Part shown: piece by piece, positions 26,143-37,432 of the stretch
Numbering within the stretch: position 1 is the first letter of the stretch
How the letters are laid out: each line of letters begins with the position of its first letter
Assembly: GCF_006345805.1 (NCBI RefSeq)
Contig: NC_043000.1
Location: 33,294,001 to 33,358,000, forward strand
Length of the DNA stretch: 64,000 nt
Direction of reading: 5' to 3'
DNA from: Octopus sinensis
Lineage: Eukaryota
The notes under the pieces: generated by a model
Seen by the model: only the letters and a program-made list of their open reading frames with translations
The model's database searches: none
Told to the model about the DNA's origin: nothing
Translations under genes and position numbers: made by a program

Positions 26143-26282
26143 TAGTGTCCCTGGGGGTTAAACGGCACACCACAGTCAATGTGTGACTGAAATGCTTCCT
26201 ATCCAGGATTTGATGTCATCTCCGACATATGTTACTGGCAGAGATGTAGCCATTAGAGGGGCTACCCTCCGTAGCTGGAGAT
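26143..26282 (-). ncRNA. SNORA65: SNORA65-like H/ACA snoRNA, copy 10
   Basis: 140-nt unit; pocket GCTAC (U-G wobble with the target) and one extra C before the 3' stem. Confidence 0.85.
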
Positions 26283-27356
26283 GTTGCAATAAAATAGACG
26301 GGAATAGACATGGGATGGACAAGTGCAAGTTACTATAAGAGATTTGACCAACTTTAACCCATTAGCATTTAATCCAGCCAAATTATTCTCTGTTTTAAGT
26401 TCAACCTGGCCAGATCCTACGTCTCCCACCTACCCTACAATGCTATTTTGAGAGTATACAATCACATCACCGAAATATCAATGCTACAAGGTATGATCAG
26501 TGGAAAATAAGATGAATAAATAAGCATTACATTTGACAGAGTAATTCGAGATGCTAAAGGATTAAACACAAGCATTTGACATCTCTACGCAGCCCAGCTA
26601 ACGTACCCCATTCTAAGTAAAAATTAATTTAAAATGTGAATTTTATAAATGTAATTACACAATGGTCATTGCTGTTAATATAAACATCTATCGATGCCAG
26701 TACCGCCTGACTGGTCCTCATGCCAATGGCACGTAAAAAGTACCCACTGCACTTTTAGGATGGTTGGTGTTAGGAAGGGCATCCAGCTGTAGAAACACTG
26801 CCAGATCAGATTGGAGCCTGGTGCAGCCTTCTGGCTTGCCAGCCCTCGGTCAAGCCATCCAACCATTGCCAACACGGAAAGCGGATGTTAAATGACGATG
26901 ACCTACATCAATTTGTTGTTTAACTAAATATTGTAATCCCGTGAAAAGCAACCAAACCTCACTACCCTCCACCTGCCAACCCACACTAGATATTACATAC
27001 AACCAGGCTCAAATGAAGCTGTTGACACACAAGACCACAACACATCCTAAAAGGACAAAATGAATGAGATCTGTGATCATGCAAGGAGTCTATCTTTGAG
27101 GGATTTCATCAATAATACTGCTTTGAGGACTTATTTTACTGATCTATTTATTTAACTGCAAAAATTATGAGTTACCAAGGATACCAGAGTTAAAACACAC
27201 ACAGATGAACCTCCACAACAGTTGCATTTCCACTTACAAGCCATTCGTCAACACAAGTCTATACAAGAGTTACCTCATCTAAAAACTATCTCGAAGGAAT
27301 AGACTTCTTCAGCACGGAACCATTTCCATGAAACAATCTCCAAAGACAAAATGATA

Positions 27357-27495
27357 AACTGTCCCTGGGGTTAAACGGCACACCACAGTCAATGTATGAC
27401 TGAAATGCTTCCTATCCAGGATTTGATGTAATCTCCGATAAATGTTACTGGCAGAGATGTAGCCATTGGAGAGGCTACCCTCCGTGGCTGGAGAT
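27357..27495 (-). ncRNA. SNORA65: SNORA65-like H/ACA snoRNA, copy 11
   Basis: 139-nt unit; loop and hinge variants. Confidence 0.88.
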
Positions 27496-28013
27496 GTTGC
27501 AATAAAAATGAATCAAAATAATAATGGTTTCAAATTCTGTAAGAAGGGCAGCAGACTTGGAGGAGGTGAATCAATTATATCAACCCCAGTACTCAACTGG
27601 TACTTTTCAAAGATGAAATCTTGTAAACCAAATAACCATTCACTGAATCAGACCAACATGCTAGAAATAAAAGCCAAAACTCATTCAAATCATACTAAAC
27701 TGAAGGATAGCATATCTAGAACTACATTATCTTGTCTGAATTATAAGAGATGACCATAGCAGCAATGGTTTTGGTTGTAAGTCTTAATTTTAAACAAAGG
27801 ATACTGAATTGAAAATACAGGAATCAATTATTTATAAAACAACCCAAGTATTGTAATATTTGCTTTAAAAAGTGGTGTGTGTATAAATAGGGGGAAAAGG
27901 GAAACAGTTCACTGGAATATTGCTACTAAAGGTTTTTTTAAAGCCTTATTAAAATCAAATCTCAAAATTTACTGCACTAATTAAAATTATAGGATTTAGC
28001 TGAAAGTCAGCAC

Positions 28014-28153
28014 TAGTGTCCCTGGGGGTTAAACGGCACACCACAGTCAATGTGTGACTGAAATGCTTCCTATCCAGGATTTGATGTCATCTCCGACATA
28101 TGTTACTGGCAGAGATGTAGCCATTAGAGGGGCTACCCTCCGTAGCTGGAGAT
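28014..28153 (-). ncRNA. SNORA65: SNORA65-like H/ACA snoRNA, copy 12 (duplicate of copy 10)
   Basis: Same variants as copy 10; lies within the 1.87 kb duplication. Confidence 0.85.
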
Positions 28154-29226
28154 GTTGCAATAAATTAGACGGGAATAGACATGGGATGGACAAGTGCAAG
28201 TTACTATAAGAGATTTGACCAACTTTAACCCATTAGCATTTAATCCAGCCAAATTATTCTCTGTTTTAAGTTCAACCTGGCCAGATCCTACGTCTCCCAC
28301 CTACCCTACAATGCTATTTTGAGAGTATACAATCACATCACCGAAATATCAATGCTACAAGGTATGATCAGTGGAAAATAAGATGAATAAATAAGCATTA
28401 CATTTGACAGAGTAATTCGAGATGCTAAAGGATTAACACAAGCATTTGACATCTCTACGCAGCCCAGCTAACGTACCCCATTCTAAGTAAAAATTAATTT
28501 AAAATGTGAATTTTATAAATGTAATTACACAATGGTCATTGCTGTTAATATAAACATCTATCGATGCCAGTACCGCCTGACTGGTCCTCATGCCAATGGC
28601 ACGTAAAAAGTACCCACTGCACTTTTAGGATGGTTGGTGTTAGGAAGGGCATCCAGCTGTAGAAACACTGCCAGATCAGATTGGAGCCTGGTGCAGCCTT
28701 CTGGCTTGCCAGCCCTCGGTCAAGCCATCCAACCATTGCCAACACGGAAAGCGGATGTTAAATGACGATGACCTACATCAATTTGTTGTTTAACTAAATA
28801 TTGTAATCCCGTGAAAAGCAACCAAACCTCACTACCCTCCACCTGCCAACCCACACTAGATATTACATACAACCAGGCTCAAATGAAGCTGTTGACACAC
28901 AAGACCACAACACATCCTAAAAGGACAAAATGAATGAGATCTGTGATCATGCAAGGAGTCTATCTTTGAGGGATTTCATCAATAATACTGCTTTGAGGAC
29001 TTATTTTACTGATCTATTTATTTAACTGCAAAAATTATGAGTTACCAAGGATACCAGAGTTAAAACACACACAGATGAACCTCCACAACAGTTGCATTTC
29101 CACTTACAAGCCATTCGTCAACACAAGTCTATACAAGAGTTACCTCATCTAAAAACTATCTCGAAGGAATAGACTTCTTCAGCACGGAACCATTTCCATG
29201 AAACAATCTCCAAAGACAAAATGATA

Positions 29227-29365
29227 AACTGTCCCTGGGGTTAAACGGCACACCACAGTCAATGTATGACTGAAATGCTTCCTATCCAGGATTTGATGTA
29301 ATCTCCGATAAATGTTACTGGCAGAGATGTAGCCATTGGAGAGGCTACCCTCCGTGGCTGGAGAT
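29227..29365 (-). ncRNA. SNORA65: SNORA65-like H/ACA snoRNA, copy 13 (duplicate of copy 11)
   Basis: Same variants as copy 11; lies within the 1.87 kb duplication. Confidence 0.87.
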
Positions 29366-29913
29366 GTCGCAATAAAAATGAATCAAAATAATAATGGTTT
29401 CAAATTCTGTAAGAAGGGCAGCAGACTTGGAGGAGGTGAATCATTATATCAACCCCAGTACTCAACTGGTACTTTTCAAAGATGAAATCTTGTAAACCAA
29501 ATAACCATTCACTGAATCAGACCAACATGCTAGAAATAAAAGCCAAAACTCATTCAAATCATACTAAACTGAAGGATAGCATATCTAGAACTACATTATC
29601 TTGTCTGAATTATAAGAGATGACCATAGCAGCAATGGTTTTGGTTGTAAGTCTTAATTTTAAACGAAGGATACTGAATTGAAAATACAGGAATCAATTAT
29701 TTATAAAACAACCCAAGCATTGTAATATTTGCTTTAAAAAGTGGTGTAAACTAAGTATAAATAGAGGGAAAGGGGAAACAGTTCCCTGGAATGTACCCCT
29801 AAAGCCCTGCTCAAATCTGTTGATCCCTAAAAAAGTCTTTTTAAAGCCTATTAAAATCAAATCTAAATTTATTGCACTAACTAAAATTATAGGATTTAGC
29901 TGAAATTCATCGC

Positions 29914-30052
29914 TAGTGTCCCTGGGGTTAAACGGCACACCACAGTCAATGTATGACTGAAATGCTTCCTATCCAGGATTTGATGTCATCTCCGGTAAAT
30001 GTTACTGGCAGAGATGTAGCCATTAGAGAGGCTACCCTCCGTGGCTGGAGAT
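29914..30052 (-). ncRNA. SNORA65: SNORA65-like H/ACA snoRNA, copy 14
   Basis: 139-nt consensus-like unit about 580 nt downstream of the RPL29 donor at 30629. Confidence 0.88.
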
Positions 30053-30629
30053 AGGCAAAAGTGGGAAATTTAGAGCAAACCAAATGTTTAAACAACTAAA
30101 GATGAAGGTATGGTTGAGAAACTTGTACCCAAACTGTATATCCATGTGGGTTTGGGACCTTGTCCCTCAGCATGGCACTTGGGCAAGCATCTGCTACCAA
30201 AGTCTTGTGAGAGGATTTGGTGGATGGAAACTGAAAGAAGCCCATCTGTGCATATGTGTGTATGTGTACCATAGTCTAGACATCACATGATGGTTGTAAA
30301 TGCTCATCATCATCACACAAGCTGTGTTTTTTGTTTCCAGAGTTCCGTGAAAAACATGCCTGAGCCATGAGGAATGTTACCATACTTGGGGAACTGGTGA
30401 GAATTGGTGACCAGAAGGGCAACTGGCTGCACAAAATCTGCTCCAAGAAATTCTATCTGACCCCTATTTGCGTGGGTCAGACGAAATGAACTCATCCAGA
30501 CCCAACATTGGGGGAGACAGACACAGAGAAAATACATCCAAGTCAAATTCTAAACAACAGTAGAAAAAATAAAACAACGATTAACATAGAAAGAAAATAG
30601 TAAAAAGAAATAAATAAAACGAAACTCAC

Positions 30630-30666
30630 TTTGATTATGATTTGTATGATTCTTTGACTTGGCCAT
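30630..30666 (-). CDS. RPL29: RPL29 first coding exon (37 coding nt; exon spans 30683-30630)
   Basis: ATGGCCAAGTCAAAGAATCATACAAATCATAATCAAA = MAKSKNHTNHNQ, the canonical eL29 N-terminus. Donor gtgagt at 30629, acceptor tttccag at 30684-30690. Confidence 0.95.
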
Positions 30667-31163
30667 GTTGTGGAACTAGAAGTCTGGAAATAAAAAGATA
30701 TGAAAACAGCCTGAATAAACACCATAAATACATAGTTTATTAAACATATATTTCGAATATGTGTGAGCCATAGGGCAAACGATAGAACCCTGCTGCTGCT
30801 AGCTAGCTAAGTTCCCTCCTTTATACACAAAGTTAAATACACTTTTTGGCTCGGTTGAGGAAACTGAAAACAAGCACCAGTAGAGGTTCAAGTAGTCACA
30901 ATAAATATAGATTTGGATTACTACTAATCCAAATCTGGGGAGAGAGGCAGGAGGGAACCAACTCCACTTCAACCTACACACGAAAAATCAGAAGCCCAAA
31001 AGAAAACCATTTCTAGTTATAACTAATTCATTAACTCTTCATTATCATCATCATTATTATTATTACTATTATTAATTTCAACAGGAGTTTATTTAAATAT
31101 TTCTCTTCAAATACTATCCAAGATAAAAATGGTTTTTTAAAATTGCTATCATTGTTATTTTAA

Positions 31164-31379
31164 CCCTTTCGTTACCAACCCGGCTGAAACCGGCTCAAGC
31201 TCCGAGTACAAATGTTTTGTTTTCATAAGTTTTGAATTAAAATCTTCAGCCAAACCTTAGTTATAATTTATGTTCCAATCACTAGCTTAATGATAAGTTA
31301 TTTTGCTAAATTCTTTGTTATATTTAAAGTAACTGAAAGAAACACAGAGCATCTCAAAATAAATACAGTAACGAAAGGG
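31164..31379. mobile_element. piggyBac-like MITE
   Basis: TTAA|CCCTTTCGTTAC...GTAACGAAAGGG|TTAA. Relatives at 52781-53003, about 32475-32697 and partials near 43805 and 47810. Confidence 0.8.
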
Positions 31380-31989
31380 TTAAAATGTGTGGAACCTGTT
31401 CTGGTGAAATATTTCATTACTTTTGAGAGAAAAAGCAACTGCCATCAGCCCACCCCACCCCAACTGATGAAAGATAGCAATGAAATAGGTTCTCACCAAT
31501 GCTGCTATATGTAGCAGACAAATAATGCGAGAATGTTAATAGAAGCCTAATGAGAAAGATACAATAATATTAATGAGGTTTTCAATAATTAGGTGCCCAG
31601 TATAATAATAATGTAGTTTTTTTGTTTTTTTTTGTATTCTAAGATTATGGTTGAAAATCAGCCTCACCAGTTTTATTTCTTTAAAATATTTTACCAGCCT
31701 CAAAATCCAAACAGAAGCATCTAATTTACCACCTTGTAGAGAAGCAGCAGTTCTTCTAAGAGAGAAAAACCAAAAAGGAAGAAAGGAACCATAATGGAAT
31801 AGGCTGGTCTATCAGTTTTGTCAGCAGCCAAGTGCGTGGGATAACTCCTACCACCCCCTACAGCAACCAAATGGAATAATCTGCTAAGTCTACAAGAAGA
31901 AGCAACAACGGTGGGTGTGCTTCAGATACAAGGAAGTCATTGATTGTAAAAGACTAGAACAATGTTACTGTGCCAAAGTGAAGACTAAC

Positions 31990-32155
31990 ATGGCACGAGA
32001 TGATCCACTCACACACATTCAGCCGGACACGAAAGACATTGAGAAACAGAATCTGTCCAGTGCTACCAGTTCCTTGCTTCCCAGTGAAACAGAATTGGTT
32101 CTTACTTATATCTCAGTTACTCTTATAGGAATTATCATCATTGCAGGCACCACAG
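31990..32155 (+). CDS. Class A GPCR (melatonin-receptor/moody/Tre1-like), exon 1
   Basis: MARDDPLTHIQ...NLSS...LVLTYISVTLIGIIIIAGTT: N-terminus with an N-glycosylation sequon plus TM1. Donor ACAG|gtaag, phase 1. The start codon is inferred. Confidence 0.8.
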
Positions 32156-35100
32156 GTAAGTCTTCAGTTTTTAATATTCTTTAACAAAACTTGGTCACAA
32201 TAAATTTTATTTTACAGTGCTCAAACATACAGAAGCCTAACTTTTTAACAATGCTACAAAAGCCAGTCCCAGCAATTTCTATTTCGTTGTGCTTCATTAA
32301 AACCAGACTTTGTACTTAGTATTCTACTCCAAACTTCTAGATTCGACTCCTCTGCAGATCTCAATGTTTCACTCAACTTTTACCGAAACTCTTTTGATAG
32401 CATTTTTCTGTTGAAAAGCATTGCTTTTGCCTCAATTCATTTGGGAAAATAAAGAATTTAAACTGGAGTTACATTAACCTTTTAGTGTTTAAACCGACTG
32501 GACCCAAATATTCTACACATTTTATGCTCAAACTGGCCAGAACCAGCATCTCACACCTACCCTGCAATGTCATTCTAAAAATAAGCAAATTACATCTTTC
32601 CTATTTTGAAGCTACAAAATCATATCAGATAAATTTTTTTAAATGTGAATAAATAAGGATTACTTTTGACAAATTATTCTGAACGCTAAAGGGTTAATAG
32701 CTTTGATAGGCTATTAAATTATTAATGACTATTCTTGTTCACAAATTGTTACCAAATCTAAGTGTGTATGTGCGTGCGCTTGTGCACATGTATGTATGTG
32801 TGTATCAACTTACTGAAAACAATGAAGCACTTAGCGATGGTGGAAGCATGACAGTTAGAGGAATAAAACTCATCAATATTTATTTGACTGGGATTTTAAG
32901 TTTAGTCTTTCATTGCTGCTGAAGGTAAAACATGCAGTCCCAACTTGTCTATCCCAACAGAGAGAAAGACATATACTTAAATACACACACACACAACAGT
33001 GATCCTAAATTACTTGCATGTTCCTCACAAACGAATGAGACAGTAAAATAATAAGCAGGCCAAAACTGATGCTTCCCAAATCAATCCATTATTATTATTA
33101 TCATCATCATTGAAGTAGCAAGTGGGCAGAATTGTTAGAATTCCAGGCAAAATGCTTGGCAGCACTTTAATCCATCTTTACGTTCTGAGTTCAAATTCCA
33201 CTGAAGTCAACTTTGCCTTTCGTCTTTCACAGTTGATTTGTTTCTCATTATTTAAAAACATATTCTAAAATTTATGCAAAAATTTAACCACGATCAATGC
33301 AAACGGTTTCAAATTTTGGCACAAGGCCAGCAATTTAGGAGGAGGAAGGGCAAGTTGATTACATCGACCTGAAAAGATTTAAGGGCAAAGTGGACCTTGG
33401 TGGCATTTTGCATCGAACTCAGAGATGTAAACAACATGAAATTACCCAGCTTGCTGCCTTAGCCAAGATTAATAATAATAATAATATAATAATAATAATA
33501 ATAAGAGCAAGTGAAAACGTACACTCAACTCTGGTTTACTAACATCTAAGCCTTGACAATGACACTTTTTATATTACTAAGAACCAAAACTTAATGTGGG
33601 GGGGGGGGTAAATTTTGATGCTTGAAATTGTTTTTTATTAAAATGCAATGATTGATTCCGTCTCTTTGCTGACTTTATTGATGAACAGATGGAATTATAA
33701 ACAGTCATCATTAATTGTTGGTAATAACTGGTAATTAAAAGGTGTTAACCAACATTCGTATTTAGAAGAATATTGCAGACATTATTTAATATTGGGTTGA
33801 TGGCAGCAAAAAATAATATTAATAGATCAAACAGTGGAATATAGTTTATTTTTGTAAGGAAGAAGAAATCTGGTCTTCAGAGAGAAAAATGTGTGTAAAA
33901 GGGCATAAAAATGTAAATTTAAAGAGAGAGAAGACGCATAGAAGAAGCAAACTGATACAAGAATTAAAGCAATGCCAGAAGCAATACTAGAATATTTGGT
34001 ATTTATGGTGGCAATCACAGGTGTTGGTATTATTAAGTCGGGCCCCAAAGCAATATGTAAAACTTTTACTGTAATCAAATGACACAAAACTGAATTTATA
34101 GAAAGCTATCTTCATTACACTTATGATGGTGAAATAAAATTAAACTTTATTGAAAGGTAGAATTGTAAGGAGAAAGTGGTAGTAGAGAGGAAGGAATTAG
34201 AGAGCCAGAAGGGCACAAAAGTAGGGAATATGTGTATATACAGGAAAGGAGGCATATAAACACAGGTGTTACTTAAACCAGAGAATAATATTGGAGTATC
34301 AACACACACACATGTATATAACACATTTCCAGCTGTCAATCATATAAAAAGATAAAGTCAGATTTGTGATTTAAAAGCAATATTTTTTTTAGGCTTGCAT
34401 GCCACTGAAATTTTTTGTGTGTATGAATGAGAGAGAAAGAGAATGAATGTGAATACATGTGAATGTTTAACACACCCATCATGGACAATCTGTGGGGCTT
34501 GCTTAATGGCAGACCCAAATGTAAAAATTACTCCAATATTTTTATAAATGCAGCCTGTCTGATAGTGAGCCATGTCTCATGTGGCTTGCTTCTTGAGAAA
34601 GGCTGGCCATGCCAGATTTACACCATCAACCCCTGATGTAGGAATTATAGAAGATGCCATTGTAATATGTTTAGCAGAGGCCCTCATTTTCCTGGTCTGA
34701 TTAATGATTTCTGACACTTTAGTTTACTAACTAAAATGGTGAAAGGTAGAATTGGTCTCAGCAAGATTTCGACCAAGAGCATGGAGCATTGAAACAAATA
34801 ACACAGCATTTTCTATGCAATGCTTTAACTGTATGCGTGTGAGCTTTTCATCCTTCAGGGGTTGTTAAATTACATCTTAAGTTTTTCACTGCATCTTCTC
34901 TATGTCTCTCTCACCCACAATGGTGAAAGGATGAGCGACTGAATTAAAATGGCTAACTGCTGTTTTAAAAAAAAAAAAAATCGTGGAGGTGGTGGTTGCA
35001 CAAACACTTATCTAAATAACAGGTTCTCACACACAAACAAGAGAATTCTTATACAGAAATATAATCCAAATGTTCAGTGGGATGGAATTCAGCTTTGGGA

Positions 35101-37228
35101 CCAAATGTGCTGTTGCAGATGAGGGCATGAGTCTAATGAGAACACTTAAAAAGGGTTGGGTTGTAATAATATAAAGATTTCAAGACTAGAAAGGGATAAA
35201 TAAGGAATAGAAGCTGCAAGACAAAAGGGAAAAGAATGGCAGTTCTCTGCGATAACTGCAGGAATTCACTGGAGTGTGGAGTTGGCTAATTTCTATTTAG
35301 CCAACATGGTTATGTGGTTGGAAAGTTAACTTCTGAACCTTGTGATATCAAGGTTCAGTTCCACTGCATGGAACTTTGGGCAAATATCTTCTACTGTAGA
35401 CATGAGCCAGTTAGAATCCTCTGAGTTGATTTGATAGATGGAAACAGAAGCAGCTTTTCATATATAATGTATGTGCATGTTTGTGTTTCTCTCATGTTCA
35501 CCAGTTTGAAAACAGCTTTCTGTCAATGTCACCATAAAACAATATCTAAGCTTACCGACATGTCTTGGCCCAATTGTATGATCTTTATTTAAACCCCCTA
35601 AAATAGTATTGTTTATAGTTCTGCCATATAAAGCAAGTCTAGGATGTTAGTTATTCAATAGACTGAGAGATTACTACCTCAAATGGAAGCAAGTGGCCAG
35701 AGAAAAACTCTGCCCAACATACTCTCACGGAACCCATTCAAGCATGGAAAAGTTGAACAATGATAAAGAAACAATCAAAACTTTTGAAGAAAATTCAAAC
35801 TAAATCTGCCAACTAAAACCCTTCTCATACAATAATTATATAAACCCTCTATTAATTACATTTACTAAATATAGATGATGGTAATGATGAGGAGAAACTC
35901 CAGTTGTATGACTGATCATAGAAATATTTACTTCTATCAATGCTAGGTGTATGAGAAACCTTTGAAGTGATAATCCCCACTAATCTGAAAGGAGAAAAAA
36001 AAAACAAAAAAAAAACCCCAATTCCTATCTTGACTGACTCATATCAACAGCAACCACAGCTTCTAAATTGAAAGCTAAAGAGATAAGTAAATACTTACTA
36101 AGATAACCATGGATGCTGACTCTGAAATCACCAGAAAAACCCTAACATCTAAAGAAAAGTTGGTTTTAATGTTGAGCCTTAACAACAGCTGGCACCACCT
36201 AAGTCTTAAGAGCAGGAATAACTAAAGAGTGCGGAAATTGTTTGAAACAGGCCCAAGAATATTGCCGTATTGATTAAATGTTATTAATGGGGATGGGGGC
36301 AGGGGATTAGTTTTCATTGGTTTTAAATAGATAAGACAGAAATTATCTAGCGTAAGTTTATAATGCTCAAGAAAGATTTGAAATTAGCAGATTAGTTGAT
36401 AAATTTATTTTAAGTAATATTAACATTATTGATGTGTGATTATACGTTGAAACACAATTTAATTGAAAATGAAGCTACCTGAGATAACAAGATAGATCAA
36501 AGAGATTCCAATGAAATTACTCAAGAACAACAAAATAACTACAGCATCATCATCATTTAACGTCCGCTTTCCATGCTAGCATGGGTTGGACGTATGACTG
36601 CACCAGGCTTCTGCCAGATCAAGATTGAAGCCTGGTGCAGCCATCTGGTTTGCCAGCCCTCAGTCATATGTCCAACCCATGCTAGCATGGAAAGCTGGCG
36701 TTGTAATAATGGCGGTGATGATGCCATAGAAAGACCTATTTGGCATTTTCTATGGAAAACACAGTCTTTACACACACAGAAAGATGTTGGACGGTGACTA
36801 GCATTGATTCCTACATCTCGTCATTAGTTTTGATCAGGTGTCACAATGAAAACATGCCCTGTACAGTCTGTGAGGTAGTTGATAAATAAACAAAGGAGAA
36901 GGGCAAGAGGAACATTTAGTCTCGTCTTATCAAGGACTTGACATCCTCTCTGGTGTTGCTGCCACGGGAAATATAATATAGTGAAAACTGGTAGGGGTTA
37001 GGGTACTGAATCAAAGAAACTAAACCAAAAATATAACAGGATACGATTGTTCCAGTGGGGGTACAAAAACAGTGAGTCCCCAAAAGACTTACTCAAGACT
37101 GTCATGATCTGCTTCACACAAGGCAGAATGGAAAACACACATAAATTGAAGTTCTTTACTTTCCAAAATCAAATAGAAGTTGAATATCAACATGGCTATT
37201 ATCATTGTTTTTTTTTTTATTTTCACAG

Positions 37229-37432
37229 GAAACATACTGGTTATTCTGGCTGTGAAAACCTCCAAGAAATTACAGACTCCTTCCAATATTTTTATTGTCA
37301 ATCTCAGTGTGGTGAACCTAGTGTTTGACTTGGGTGTGTTACCATTCCATGCTTACACCAATATTCACCATGCAGCCGGAATAAGCCCGTTACTATGCAG
37401 ACTTGTTGCACTTGTTGACTATGCATTAACAG
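37229..37432 (+). CDS. Class A GPCR, exon 2
   Basis: (G)NILVILAVKTSKKLQTPSNIFIVNLSVVNLVFDLGVLPF...LCRLVALVDYALT: TM1 GN motif, TM2 and the conserved Cys at the start of TM3. tttcacag|...|gtaagg, 204 nt, phase preserved. Confidence 0.88.

Larger units (their letters stand above)
25957..29696. repeat. Near-identical 1.87 kb tandem duplication (25957-27827 and 27828-29696)
   Basis: snoRNA copies 10/12 and 11/13 are offset by 1870-1871 nt; only scattered single-base differences. Confidence 0.9.

Noticed and set aside
17946-27753. Recurrent ORFs MTEMLPIQDLMSSPVNVTGRD...
   Set aside because: They are antisense read-throughs of the snoRNA copies with unrelated C-termini, and copy 6 is frameshifted.
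17907-30052. Regularly interspaced repeats read as a CRISPR-like array or satellite
   Set aside because: Units are 139 nt, spacers are 0.5-1.1 kb and partly homologous, there are no cas genes and the context is eukaryotic. The H/ACA structure explains the unit.
30700-31900. Proximal RPL29 promoter near 30.8 kb (TATAAA-like sequence on the minus strand)
   Set aside because: No TOP tract with a good donor and the region is CpG-poor; the 51.6-kb candidate is much better, although this is unproven.
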